From Planctomycetota bacterium (GTDB lineage: Bacteria > Planctomycetota > GCA-002687715 > CAIWVZ01), in the NCBI GenBank assembly GCA_044222185.1, contig JBGANV010000005.1, positions 402,425 through 466,424 of the forward strand: a DNA stretch of 64,000 bases, read 5' to 3'. This document shows positions 38,137-48,439 of the stretch, one piece after another. The translations under genes and the position numbers were made by a program. Under the pieces are notes generated by a model that was not told the DNA's origin, did not search any database, and saw nothing but the letters and a program-made list of their open reading frames with translations. How positions within the stretch are numbered: the stretch's first letter is position 1; each line of letters starts with the position of its first letter.

Positions 38137-40329
38137 ATGATCCCGGCTCGGCGACACCCGGAGATCGCTCGAATGACGAAGAAGGAACTCACCGGTCGCG
38201 GCGCGCGCGTCGCGTGCGTTGCTGCGGCCTCGCTCATGCTTTTCGCGTGCCGTTCGGCGGAGGATCGCACGGCATTCGAGGGAACGACGAGGATGGAATA
38301 CCCGCAGACGAGCCGATCCGACCAGACCGACGTCTTCTTCGGAACGACGGTCGCCGACCCGTACCGCTGGCTCGAGGATCCCAATACTCCTGAAGCCCGT
38401 GCGTGGATCGAGGCCCAGAACGCCGTCACGGAAACCTACCTGGCGTCGATCCCGCAGCGCGCGGCGATCCGCGACCGCCTGACGGCCCTGTGGAACTTCG
38501 AGCGCACCATGCCGCCCATCAAGCGCGGCGGGACGTACCTCGTGAATCGGAACGACGGGCTCCAGAACCAGAACGTCATCTATGCAGCGTCCTCGCTGGC
38601 GGCAGAACCACGAGTGCTCCTCGACCCGAACCAGCTCTCGAAGGACGGCACCATCGCCCTGAGCGGGATGAACCTGAGCCCCGACGGGAAGCTCCTCGCC
38701 TACGGCATCACGGATGGGGGCTCGGACTGGAACACCTGGCGCGTGCGCGACGTCGCCACGGGTCGGGATCTCGCGGACACGGTCGCGTGGGTGAAGTTCT
38801 CGAACGCCTCGTGGACCCACGACTCCGCAGGGTTCTATTACAGCCGCTACGACGCTCCGAAGCCGGGCGAGGCCCTTCAGGAAGCCAACTTCGGCCACCA
38901 GGTGTGGTTCCATCGGATCGGGACCGGCCAGGAACAGGATCTCCTGGTGTTCAAGCGTTCGGACGAGAAGGAATGGAACTTCGACGCCGAAGTGACCGAG
39001 GACGGCCGCTACCTCGTCATCAAGGTCGAGAAGGGCACGCAGCGTCAGAACGACGTCTTCGTGAAGGACCTGATGACCGACGGTCCGATCGTCGAGCTGC
39101 TGACGGGGTTTCGCGCCGGCTACGACTTCCTCGGCAACGTCGGGAGCCGGTTCTGGTTCATGACCGACGGGGACGCGCCGCGCGGGCGGATCATCAGCCT
39201 GGACTCGTCGGGCGCCACTCGCGGGCCGGTGGAGATCGTTCCACAGGCGAAGGCCACGCTCACGAGCGCGCGATTCGCTGGCGGCAGGATCGTCGCGGAC
39301 TACCTGGACGACGCTCACTCGGTGTTGAAGGTGTTCGAGCTCGACGGCCGAGCGGTCGGTGAGATTCCACTGCCGGGGCTCGGCACCGTCGACCTCGTGT
39401 CGAGCAGTGCGGACGACCCGGACGTCTTCTTTCGATACACGAGCTTCACGGACGCCGGCGCGGTCTTCCGCTACGACGTCGCGAGCGGCAAGACGTCGCT
39501 CTACCGAGCGCCGAAGGTGGCGTTCGACGCGGGCGACTACGTCACGACGCAGGTGTTCGCGACCAGCCGCGATGGCACCAAGGTCCCCATGTTCCTCTCG
39601 CACAAGAAGGGGCTCGCGCCGAACGGGAATGCCCCGGTGCTGCTCTACGGGTACGGCGGGTTCAACATCCCCCTCACCCCGTCGTTCTCGGTCACGGCGC
39701 TCGTGTGGATGGAGATGGGCGGCGTCTACGCCGTGGCGAACTTGCGAGGTGGCGGAGAGTACGGCGAGGCCTGGCACGAGGCCGGGACGAAGCTCCGCAA
39801 GCAAAACGTGTTCGACGACTTCATCGCGTGCGCAACGTCGTTGATCACGACGGGCTGGACGCGCGCGGGGCGCATCGCGATCTCTGGTGCGAGCAACGGC
39901 GGCCTGCTCGTGGGTGCATGCCTCGTGCAGCGACCGGATCTCTTCGGCGCGTGCCTTCCCGCAGTCGGCGTGCTGGACATGCTCCGCTTCCACAAGTTCA
40001 CCATCGGTTGGGCGTGGACGAGCGACTACGGTTCACCGGACGACCCGACCGAATTCCAGGCTCTCTACGCCTATTCCCCGTACCACCAGCTGAAGGCCGG
40101 GGCGAAGTACCCAGCCACGCTCATCACGACCGGGGATCACGACGATCGCGTGGTTCCCGCACACAGCTTCAAGTTCGGGGCGGCCCTCCAGCATGCGCAG
40201 GCGGGAAGCGCGCCGACCTTGCTGCGTATCGAGACCCGGGCCGGTCATGGCGCCGGCAAACCGACTCGCATGCGCATCGACGAGGCGGCGGATCAGCTCA
40301 CGTTCGTCGTCCGGAATCTGGGGATGTGA
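38137..40329 (+). CDS. Prolyl oligopeptidase (S9A), probably exported
   Basis: V.DPYRWLE, YGYGGF, RGGGEYG..WH, GASNGGL (catalytic Ser), DHDDRV (Asp), AGHGAG (His); LFAC lipobox-like motif; start uncertain (38137 or 38173). Confidence 0.95.
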   Translation: MIPARRHPEIARMTKKELTGRGARVACVAAASLMLFACRSAEDRTAFEGTTRMEYPQTSRSDQTDVFFGTTVADPYRWLEDPNTPEARAWIEAQNAVTETYLASIPQRAAIRDRLTALWNFERTMPPIKRGGTYLVNRNDGLQNQNVIYAASSLAAEPRVLLDPNQLSKDGTIALSGMNLSPDGKLLAYGITDGGSDWNTWRVRDVATGRDLADTVAWVKFSNASWTHDSAGFYYSRYDAPKPGEALQEANFGHQVWFHRIGTGQEQDLLVFKRSDEKEWNFDAEVTEDGRYLVIKVEKGTQRQNDVFVKDLMTDGPIVELLTGFRAGYDFLGNVGSRFWFMTDGDAPRGRIISLDSSGATRGPVEIVPQAKATLTSARFAGGRIVADYLDDAHSVLKVFELDGRAVGEIPLPGLGTVDLVSSSADDPDVFFRYTSFTDAGAVFRYDVASGKTSLYRAPKVAFDAGDYVTTQVFATSRDGTKVPMFLSHKKGLAPNGNAPVLLYGYGGFNIPLTPSFSVTALVWMEMGGVYAVANLRGGGEYGEAWHEAGTKLRKQNVFDDFIACATSLITTGWTRAGRIAISGASNGGLLVGACLVQRPDLFGACLPAVGVLDMLRFHKFTIGWAWTSDYGSPDDPTEFQALYAYSPYHQLKAGAKYPATLITTGDHDDRVVPAHSFKFGAALQHAQAGSAPTLLRIETRAGHGAGKPTRMRIDEAADQLTFVVRNLGM

Positions 40330-40513
40330 CGGTGCGCCAGCGACTCACGACCGGGCTTCGCACCGCGTATCCTCAAGCAGCGTCCGGAGTTCGCCCGATG
40401 AACCGACGGAGGCCACGTCCGAAAAACGCGCTCGATGGCGCGTCGACGGGTCTCTTTCGCCGCGGCGCGGGCCCCGCGGCGGATCGCGAGGCACCGTGCG
40501 GAGGATCGGTCCA

Positions 40514-42031
40514 GTGCCGGTGACGTTGAAGACCTGGGACCGGCTGCCACTGGCCGACCAGCGAGCATGGCAGATCCAGCGGCTGCGCGCGTTCCTCCGC
40601 GAGCGCGTCGTGCCGTTCAGCCCGTTCTACCGGCGCAAGTTCGCCGAGTGGAAGATCGACCCCGCCTCGATCCGCAGCTTCGACGACCTTCGGCGGATCC
40701 CCTTCACGTCGAAGCAGGACCTGCTCACGACGCCCGCGAACCCGCAGGGAGCGCTCGACTTCGTGCTGCGGCCGACGGAGGAACTGATCAAGACTCGGCT
40801 GCCGAGGTCGGAGCTGCTGAAGTTCGCGCTGCGCAAGCTGCGGTTCGGGTCCGACGGGCTCAAGGAGCGGCTCGCCCGCGAATTCAGTCCCAACTCCGTG
40901 ATCTTCACTACGGGACGAAGCACGGGCAGCGTTCCGTTCTTCACGACGCCGTACGACCAGCAGATCCTCTTCGAAGCCGGTCGTCGCATCACGTCCGTGC
41001 TCGGGCTCGACCCGAACACCGATCGCGTGGTGAGCCTCTTCCCCTACGCTCCGCACCTGGCGTTCTGGCAGGTCGCGTACTGCGGCATGGCCGCAGGAAC
41101 CCTCACGCTGAACACCGGTGGTGGCCGCATCATGCCGACCGATCGCCTGCTCAATGCCATCGAGCAGCTGAAGGCGACGTGCGTCGTCGGCATGCCCGGC
41201 TTCTTCTATCACCTGCTTCGCCGGGCCGTGGAGGAGAACCGGAACCTCTCGTCAGTCCGCTGCATCGCGCTCGGCGGCGAGAACGTCCCGCCGGGGCTCC
41301 GCGCGAAGATCCAGGAGACGATGCCCAAGGTCGGCGCGAACGACGTCCGTGTCGCGAGCGTGCTCGGGTTCACGGAGGCGCGCCTTTGCTGGACCGAGTG
41401 CGTGAAGGCATCGGCGACCGGCTTCCACGTCTACCCGGACCTGACCCTGTTCGAGGTCGTGAACCCGCAGACGGGCGAGCCCGTGGGCGAGGGCGAGACC
41501 GGCGAACTCGTGTTCACCGCACTCGATGGTCGCGGGAGCGTCGTCCTGCGCTACCGCACGGGCGACGTGATCGAGGGCGGGATGGTCGAGTCTGCACCAT
41601 GCCCAGGCTGCGGGCGTCGCGTCCCTCGCGTGATGTCCAATCTCCAGCGCGTGTCGAACGTGAAGTCCCTCGAGATCGGCAAGATCAAGGGCACGCTGGT
41701 CAACCTCAACGCCTTGAGCGAACTGCTCTCGGGCGATCGCGAGATCGACGAGTGGCAGGTGGAGATCCGCAAACGCAACGACGATCCGTTCGACGTCGAC
41801 GAGATCGTGTTGAGCTGCGCGCTCCGCGGACGTGAATCCGCCGATGCGTTCTGCTCCCGCATCCAGGAACAGGTGTACGCGCGGACGGAGGTCCACCTGA
41901 CGGCCGTGCGCATCGAGGACCTCCAGACCATGCTCCGGCGCGTGGGCATGGAAACGCTGAACAAGGAAGAGCGCATCGTCGATCGGCGAAAGCAGGCGCA
42001 GAAGGCGGCGGACCCGTCGCCCCGTCCATGA
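40514..42031 (+). CDS. Phenylacetate-CoA ligase (PaaK)-like adenylate-forming enzyme
   Basis: SPFYR.K, DL..IPFTSK.DL, FTTGRSTG, GGE, GFTE, GELVFT.L, LRYRTGD; GTG 40514 follows ggagga. Confidence 0.8.
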   Translation: MPVTLKTWDRLPLADQRAWQIQRLRAFLRERVVPFSPFYRRKFAEWKIDPASIRSFDDLRRIPFTSKQDLLTTPANPQGALDFVLRPTEELIKTRLPRSELLKFALRKLRFGSDGLKERLAREFSPNSVIFTTGRSTGSVPFFTTPYDQQILFEAGRRITSVLGLDPNTDRVVSLFPYAPHLAFWQVAYCGMAAGTLTLNTGGGRIMPTDRLLNAIEQLKATCVVGMPGFFYHLLRRAVEENRNLSSVRCIALGGENVPPGLRAKIQETMPKVGANDVRVASVLGFTEARLCWTECVKASATGFHVYPDLTLFEVVNPQTGEPVGEGETGELVFTALDGRGSVVLRYRTGDVIEGGMVESAPCPGCGRRVPRVMSNLQRVSNVKSLEIGKIKGTLVNLNALSELLSGDREIDEWQVEIRKRNDDPFDVDEIVLSCALRGRESADAFCSRIQEQVYARTEVHLTAVRIEDLQTMLRRVGMETLNKEERIVDRRKQAQKAADPSPRP

Positions 42032-42969
42032 TGCACCCCTCCGTAGCGGTCGCCCTTGGCGGCGGCGGTGCGCGGGGAATCGCGCACCTGGGCGTGCTCG
42101 AGGTCCTCCACGACGCCGGGATCCGCCCGTCGCGCTACTTCGGCGTGAGCATCGGAAGCATCGTCGGCGCACTCGTCGCGTTCGAGCCGGACATCCACGT
42201 GGTTTGCGAACAGGCGCTGAAGTACCTCCTCTCCCCCGCGTTCCAGAAGTACAGCGCGGGGCTCGGAGGCGGGCCGTCGCAGGGGTTGGGAGACGACGAT
42301 TCCCACGTCCACCATCACGGCTGGTTCGACAAGTTCCGCGACTACATCCGCGCGAATCGCACCTTCCACCGGATGATCCTCGGTTCATCGCTCCTCCCCG
42401 GTCGGATCCTCGAAGAGGTGGTCAACTCGCTCGTACCGGACGCCGACGTCGCGGATGCCAAGGTACCCCTCACGATCGTTGCCGTGGACCTCATCACCGG
42501 ACGCGAGGTCGAGATCACACGCGGGCCCCTTCGGCGCGCCGTGCTCGGGTCCGCGTCGCTGCCGGGCATCTTTCCCCCGGTCGAATACGGCGGATGTCTC
42601 CTCGCCGACATCGGCGTGGTGTCCGCTGTCCCGTCGCACGCCGCCCGACGGAGCGGCGTCGAGCGCGTGATCGCCATCGACGTGACCCACCACCCTCAGC
42701 GCAAACGCGCGTTTCCAAGCGCGATCGACGTGATGCTCCGCCTGGAAGACGTGGCCAGCAGCCTGTTCCTGAACGTCGTCCTCCAGCACGCGGACGTCGT
42801 CATCCAACCGGACGTGTCCAGGCTCGAGTGGTCGGATTTCTCGCGGATCGAGGCAACGATCGTGAAAGGTCGCGAGGCCGCGCACGCGGCGCTGCCGCGC
42901 GTGTGCGGAGCCCTCGGTGTGGAGTACATGCCACCGTCGCGCGTTCCCGACGCGACGGGCGGTGACTGA
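42028..42969 (+). CDS. Patatin-like phospholipase
   Basis: LGGGGARG.AH.GVL, GVSIG nucleophile elbow, S.SLPGIFPP, DIG in place of DGG; ATGA overlap. Confidence 0.88.
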   Translation: MMHPSVAVALGGGGARGIAHLGVLEVLHDAGIRPSRYFGVSIGSIVGALVAFEPDIHVVCEQALKYLLSPAFQKYSAGLGGGPSQGLGDDDSHVHHHGWFDKFRDYIRANRTFHRMILGSSLLPGRILEEVVNSLVPDADVADAKVPLTIVAVDLITGREVEITRGPLRRAVLGSASLPGIFPPVEYGGCLLADIGVVSAVPSHAARRSGVERVIAIDVTHHPQRKRAFPSAIDVMLRLEDVASSLFLNVVLQHADVVIQPDVSRLEWSDFSRIEATIVKGREAAHAALPRVCGALGVEYMPPSRVPDATGGD

Positions 42970-42989
42970 CGGAAGCAGAGGAGCCCAAC

Positions 42990-45005
42990 GTGGCCAACAC
43001 GGTTCGACTCGATCAGCTCGAGGGCCGCATCGCGGCACTCACGCTCGATGCCCCGGACATGCCGTTCGTCTTCGGGGAGGCGCAGATGTCGCAGCTGCGC
43101 GATGCGGTCGCGACGCTCGCCGCGCGCACGGACGTCGACGGCCTGATCATCCGCTCGACGCACCCGGAAACGTTTTGCGCGGGCGCCGACGTGGACGCCA
43201 TGGCGGCCCTCGCGGCGCCATCGGAAGCCGAACGGCTCGTCACCATGGGGCAGGAGGTCTACGTCGCGCTCGCCAGACTCCCCATGCCGCGCGTCGCGCT
43301 GATCCACGGCACCTGCGTGGGCGGAGGTCTGGAACTGGCGCTCTCGTGTTCGGCCCGCGTCGCGACCGAATCGGCGAAGCTCGGTTTGCCGGAAACGAAG
43401 CTCGGGATCCTGCCGGCCTGGGGAGGCAGCACGCGGCTTCCACGGCTGATCGGTCTCGTTCCCGCGATCGAGATGATCACGGCAGGCCGCATCGTGAACG
43501 CGTTTCGAGCCCGCAAGGCGGGTCTCGTCGACAGCATCTGCCCCCGCGAATCCATGGAGCGCGAGGGGCGGCGACTGATCGCGATCCTCCGCGAGAAGGG
43601 CTCGCTGCCGCGCCCCAAGCCGCCGCTCGCTCCGCGGCTCCTCGCTGCAATCCCCGGCGGACCAGGGTTCGTCGCCAAGCAGGCGCGCAAGAAGATCCTC
43701 GCGGAGACGCACGGCCACTACCCGGCTCCGTTGCGCGCGCTGGATGTCATCATCGAGCAGCACGGCCAGGACCCATCCGTCGGCATGGCGGCCGAGCGGA
43801 AGGCCGTCGTCGAACTGTTGGCGACGCCCGTGGCGCGCGAGCTCCTGCGCTTGTTCCTGCTGACTCGCGACAGCGCGCGGCCTGCGATCTACTCGGAGGC
43901 GAAGGACGCGCCCGCACTCCGCGAGGTTGCCGTGATCGGAGCGGGCGTCATGGGCGCGGGCATCGCCCAGGTCTGCGCCACGAAGGGACTCGCCGTTCGC
44001 ATCATCGACGCGTTCCCGGAGTCGCTGGCGAAGGCCCGCAAGTCCATCGTCGATGAACTCCGCCGCCTGTCGGACCGGCGCGACATCACGACCTACGAAG
44101 CCGCGAATCGACTGTCGCGGGTCACGTTTTCCACGGCGATCGACGGGCTGCGCGGCGTCGATCTCGTCATCGAAGCCGTGCCCGAGCGGCGCGACGTGAA
44201 GGACAAGGTTCTGCGCGCCGTCTGCGCGCAGGTCCGCGACGACGCCATCGTCGCGACGAACACGTCGTCGTTCCCGCTGGACGACCTCGCCGCATCCGTG
44301 ACGATCCCGGAGCGGTTCATGGGGCTGCACTTCTTCAACCCGGCGCCCAAGATGCCGCTCCTCGAAGTCGTCTGCGGCTCGTCGACGACGGAGGAGAACC
44401 TCCGTCGCGGCGTGCGTTTCGCCAAGGAGATCGGCAAGACGGCCGTCGTGGTGGCGGACGCGCCGGGCTTCCTCGTCAACCGTCTGCTCGCGCCCTACTT
44501 CCGCGAGGCCTGCAACCTGGCCGCGGAGGGCGTGCCGATCACGGTCGTCGACGACGCGCTCGTGGCATTCGGCATGCCGATGGGTCCGTTCACGTTGATG
44601 GACACGGTCGGGATCGACGTGCTTCGCGACGCATCGGTGCACATGGCCGAGCGGACGCAACGCGAGCTGTTGCACCCGGTCGTTCGAGACCTCGCCGAGA
44701 AGAAGGACTTCGGCCGCAAGACGGGGCGCGGGTTCTACGGCTGGACGAAGACCGGCCGCGGCGACCCGAACCCGGCCGCGATCCGCGCCGACCGCCCCGC
44801 CGGATCGTGGATGCCGTTGCGCGACGACATCACGCGGCGGCTGATCCACGTGATGGTCCTGGAGGCGAAGTCCGCCCTGGATGAGGGCCTCGTTCCCACA
44901 CCCGAGGAAATCGACATCGCCACGATCTTCGGTATCGGCTTCCCCCCGTTCCGCGGCGGGCTCATGCACTACGCGAACGTCGCGACAGCGGAGGTGACCG
45001 TATGA
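42990..45005 (+). CDS. fadJ: Enoyl-CoA hydratase / 3-hydroxyacyl-CoA dehydrogenase (FadJ/FadB type)
   Basis: FCAGAD, GGGLELAL, GLPETKLG, GAGVMG.GIA, EAVPE, TNTSS, GLHFFNP, PGFLVNR, GFPPFRGG. Confidence 0.88.
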   Translation: MANTVRLDQLEGRIAALTLDAPDMPFVFGEAQMSQLRDAVATLAARTDVDGLIIRSTHPETFCAGADVDAMAALAAPSEAERLVTMGQEVYVALARLPMPRVALIHGTCVGGGLELALSCSARVATESAKLGLPETKLGILPAWGGSTRLPRLIGLVPAIEMITAGRIVNAFRARKAGLVDSICPRESMEREGRRLIAILREKGSLPRPKPPLAPRLLAAIPGGPGFVAKQARKKILAETHGHYPAPLRALDVIIEQHGQDPSVGMAAERKAVVELLATPVARELLRLFLLTRDSARPAIYSEAKDAPALREVAVIGAGVMGAGIAQVCATKGLAVRIIDAFPESLAKARKSIVDELRRLSDRRDITTYEAANRLSRVTFSTAIDGLRGVDLVIEAVPERRDVKDKVLRAVCAQVRDDAIVATNTSSFPLDDLAASVTIPERFMGLHFFNPAPKMPLLEVVCGSSTTEENLRRGVRFAKEIGKTAVVVADAPGFLVNRLLAPYFREACNLAAEGVPITVVDDALVAFGMPMGPFTLMDTVGIDVLRDASVHMAERTQRELLHPVVRDLAEKKDFGRKTGRGFYGWTKTGRGDPNPAAIRADRPAGSWMPLRDDITRRLIHVMVLEAKSALDEGLVPTPEEIDIATIFGIGFPPFRGGLMHYANVATAEVTV

Positions 45006-46279
45006 CCGCTCCACTCGCCATCTTCTCCGGGATCCGCACTCCGTTCGGCAAGGCCGGCGGCGCCCTGGCGGAACTGTTCGCGGAGGATCTGGGCGCGCTC
45101 GCCGCGCGCGAGGTCCTTCTGCGCACGGGGGTCGATCGCAACGCCCTCGACGGCGTCATCGTCGGCAACGTGGGGCAATCGGCCCGGGCTGCGAACGTGG
45201 CGCGCGTGATCGCACTCCGCGCGGGCGTCCCGGAGCGCACGCCGGCGTGGACCGTTCACCGGAACTGCGCGTCGGGAATCGAGGCTCTGACCCAGGCTGC
45301 GGACCAGGTCGCGCTGGGACGCGGCGGTCTCTACCTGGCGCTCGGCGTCGAATCGATGAGCAACTACCCACTCGAGTTCAACGCCCGGGGCAAGGCCTGG
45401 TTCACGCGCCTCTCCCGCGCTCGAACGCTCGGCCAGCGGCTGGCGGCCTTCTCCGGCATGCGGCCATCGATGTTCGCTCCCAAGGTCGCGCTCCTCGAAG
45501 GACTGACGGACCCCGTCGCCGGCATCAGCATGGGAGTGACCGCCGAGATCCTCGCCCGCGAGTGGAACGTCTCGCGCGCGGACCAGGACGCGTTCGCGGC
45601 CGGCAGTCACTCACGTGCGCTCGCCGCGAGGGAGAATCTGCGCTCGGAGACGTTCGACGTCGTCACGAAGGCCGGCGTTCTCCGCGACGACGAAGGGGTG
45701 AGGACGGATTCGACTCCCGAACGGCTCGCGAAGCTCTCGACTGTGTTCGAGAAGGTTCAGGGCACGGTCACGGCGGGGAATTCGAGCCAGGTCACGGACG
45801 GAGCCGTCGCGCTGCTCGTCGGCAGCGAGGCCCGCGGCCGCGAGCTCGGCCTGTCGCCGCTCGGGTGGCTCGACGGCTACGCGTACGCGGGGCTCGACCC
45901 GGCCAGGATGGGCCTGGGACCGCTGTTTGCGATCGACCGCATGTTCGCGGGCAAGCCCGTCCCATGGAACGAGATCGACCTCGTGGAGATCAACGAGGCG
46001 TTTGCGGCCCAGGTTCTCGCATGCGTGCGCGCGGCGGCGGACCCGGCGTTTGCCCGGGACAAGCTCGGACGCACGTCGTCGATCGGTCCGATCCCCGAAG
46101 ATCGCCTCAACGTCAACGGAGGCGCGATCGCCATCGGTCACCCGGTCGGGGCTTCGGGCGCCCGGATCGCGTTGACGCTCCTCCACGAGCTGCGCCGTCG
46201 GAAGAAGACGCGCGGCCTCGGGTCGCTTTGCGTCGGCGGCGGTCAAGGTGCGGCGATCCTCATGCGCGCCGCGACCTGA
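45002..46279 (+). CDS. Acetyl-CoA C-acyltransferase (thiolase, FadI/FadA type)
   Basis: RTPFGK, NCASG, TAGNSSQ.TDGA, EINEAFA, GHPVGASG, CVGGGQG. Confidence 0.95.
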   Translation: MTAPLAIFSGIRTPFGKAGGALAELFAEDLGALAAREVLLRTGVDRNALDGVIVGNVGQSARAANVARVIALRAGVPERTPAWTVHRNCASGIEALTQAADQVALGRGGLYLALGVESMSNYPLEFNARGKAWFTRLSRARTLGQRLAAFSGMRPSMFAPKVALLEGLTDPVAGISMGVTAEILAREWNVSRADQDAFAAGSHSRALAARENLRSETFDVVTKAGVLRDDEGVRTDSTPERLAKLSTVFEKVQGTVTAGNSSQVTDGAVALLVGSEARGRELGLSPLGWLDGYAYAGLDPARMGLGPLFAIDRMFAGKPVPWNEIDLVEINEAFAAQVLACVRAAADPAFARDKLGRTSSIGPIPEDRLNVNGGAIAIGHPVGASGARIALTLLHELRRRKKTRGLGSLCVGGGQGAAILMRAAT

Positions 46280-46362
46280 CGACGAACGCGGCGCCGGACG
46301 TCACGGCCCGGCGCGGCCCACATCTCGACGCCGCACGAGGACCCGCTATCGTCTGCGCCTCC

Positions 46363-47508
46363 ATGCCGCAGAAGGACATCCATTTCGAGCTCCAGAAGGT
46401 CGATCCGTCCGGGGCCCGTCGCAGTCGCTACAGGACGGAACACGGCACGGTCGAGTGCCCCACGTTCATGCCCGTCGGAACGCAAGGCGCCGTCAAGGCC
46501 ATGACGCCCGACCAGGTGAAGGAGACGGGCGCGCAGGTCATCCTCGCGAACACGTTCCACATGTCGCTCGAGGACCGGCGGGAGCTGGTGCGGAAATCCG
46601 GTGGACTCCACAAGTTCATGGCTTGGGATCGCTCGATCCTCACCGACTCGGGCGGCTTCCAGGTGTTCTCCCTCCCCGACAAGAAGATCACGGACGACGG
46701 CGTCAGCTTCCAATGGGAGAAGGACGGGACCGAGACGTGGCTGGACCCCGAGGTCTCCATGGAAATCCAACGGGACCTCGGCGCCGACATCGTGATGGCG
46801 TTCGACGAGTGCGTGGAGCACACGGCGGCACGCCAGTACATCGAGAAGTCCGTCGAACGCACGACCCGATGGGCCGAGCGATGCCGCGCCGTCGAATTGC
46901 GACCCCACCAGTACTTGTTCGGGATCATCCAGGGCGGGTCGTACGAGGACCTGAGGACGAAGAGCGTCCGGGACCTCACCGCGATCCCGTTCGACGGCTA
47001 CGCGATCGGGGGGGTCAGCGTCGGCGAGGGGTTCGACGACATGGTGAAGGTGGTCCGGTTCACGGCACCGAAACTTCCGGCGAACCTCCCGCGTTATCTG
47101 ATGGGCGTGGGGCTGCCCGAGGACATCCTCGCTGCCGTCGAACACGGCATCGACATGTTCGACTGCGTCATTCCCACGCGATATGCCCGTGGTGCAACAC
47201 TCTTCACACGAACAGGCAAGCTGCGCGTCAACGACAAGCGGTACCGAAAGGACAAGTACCCGGTCGACACCGCGTGCCGCTGCTACACGTGCCAGAAATT
47301 CTCCCGGCTCGTCCTGCGGCATCTCTTCTACGCCCAGGAGCCTCTATTCGAGACGCTCGCCTCGATCCACAACGTGCAGTTCTATCAGGACCTCATGGCC
47401 GACATCCGCCAGTCCATCGAGCAGGGTCGCTACCGCGCGTTCCGACAGGAGTGGCTCGATCGCTACTCCGATCGGCGTCGTCGCGGTGAAAAGGACGACG
47501 GCGAGTGA
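46363..47508 (+). CDS. tgt: tRNA-guanine transglycosylase (divergent)
   Basis: FMPVGT, LTDSGGFQ, AFDEC, QGG, GGVSVGE, RYLMGVG, DMFDCV.PTR, C.C.TC and H zinc site; start ATG 46363. Confidence 0.9.
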   Translation: MPQKDIHFELQKVDPSGARRSRYRTEHGTVECPTFMPVGTQGAVKAMTPDQVKETGAQVILANTFHMSLEDRRELVRKSGGLHKFMAWDRSILTDSGGFQVFSLPDKKITDDGVSFQWEKDGTETWLDPEVSMEIQRDLGADIVMAFDECVEHTAARQYIEKSVERTTRWAERCRAVELRPHQYLFGIIQGGSYEDLRTKSVRDLTAIPFDGYAIGGVSVGEGFDDMVKVVRFTAPKLPANLPRYLMGVGLPEDILAAVEHGIDMFDCVIPTRYARGATLFTRTGKLRVNDKRYRKDKYPVDTACRCYTCQKFSRLVLRHLFYAQEPLFETLASIHNVQFYQDLMADIRQSIEQGRYRAFRQEWLDRYSDRRRRGEKDDGE

Positions 47509-48374
47509 CCTACGAACTGCTCGACAGCGGCGGGGGTCGGAAGCTCGAACGCGTGGGACCGTGGATCTTCAACCGCCAGGCGCAGCAGGCCATCTGGCGG
47601 CCGAACCTCCCGGAGAGCCGCTGGAAGGAGGCCCACGGCTTCCACCATCGGAGCGAAACGGGAGGCGGGCGCTGGGAGATGTTCGCCTCCGTGCCCGAGC
47701 GTTGGCCGGTGACCATCCGCGACGTGAAGATGTGGGCGAAGGCCACGAACTTCGGGCACATCGGGATCTTCCCCGAGCACGCGTCGCTGTGGCCGTGGCT
47801 CGGCGACACGCTTTCGGATGCGGCCGTGCGGCTCGAGCGACCGCCCGAAGTCCTGAACCTGTTCGCCTACACCGGCGGAACGACGCTCCTGTGCTCGCGC
47901 GCCGGCGCCAACGTCTGCCACGTCGATGCCGCGAAGGGAGTCGTGGACTGGGCTCGGGAGAACGCCGCGCTGAACGGCCTCGCGGATCGCCCGATCCGGT
48001 GGATCGTGGACGACTGCGCCGCCTTCCTGCGCCGCGAACAACGCCGCGAGCGCCGGTATGACGGCCTCATCCTGGATCCGCCGTCGTTTGGCCGCGGGGC
48101 CCGTGGGGAGGTGTGGAAGATCGAGGACGACCTGCCCTCGCTCCTGGATCTCTGCCGCTCCGTCCTCGTCGAAAGGCCGTCGCTGGTCGTCCTCTCCTGC
48201 CACTCCCCCGGTTTCACCCCGATCGTCCTCGAGAACCTCCTGCGCGAGCGGCTGGACCCCGCCGATGCCCGGATCGACTCGACCGAGATGGTGGTGCCAG
48301 AGGCGAAAAGCGGCCGGCTCCTCCCCTCAGGAGTCGCCACCCGGTGGCGTTGGACCCGGGCCGACGGATCATGA
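47505..48374 (+). CDS. Class I SAM-dependent methyltransferase, RlmI/RlmK-like
   Basis: YELLDSG.G.KLER.G, VLNLFAYTGG, HVDA.K, LDPPSFG; GTGA overlap with tgt. Confidence 0.85.
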   Translation: MTYELLDSGGGRKLERVGPWIFNRQAQQAIWRPNLPESRWKEAHGFHHRSETGGGRWEMFASVPERWPVTIRDVKMWAKATNFGHIGIFPEHASLWPWLGDTLSDAAVRLERPPEVLNLFAYTGGTTLLCSRAGANVCHVDAAKGVVDWARENAALNGLADRPIRWIVDDCAAFLRREQRRERRYDGLILDPPSFGRGARGEVWKIEDDLPSLLDLCRSVLVERPSLVVLSCHSPGFTPIVLENLLRERLDPADARIDSTEMVVPEAKSGRLLPSGVATRWRWTRADGS

Positions 48375-48439
48375 GGCTCACCCACTCGGCGGAAGAATCG
48401 ACCCGAAGCCCGAATCCGCCACGAAGGTAGAGTCACACC

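Noticed and set aside
45247-47508. 753 aa ORF suggesting a long N-terminal fusion to TGT
   Set aside because: The extension is an alternate frame of the thiolase gene; TGT homology begins at ATG 46363
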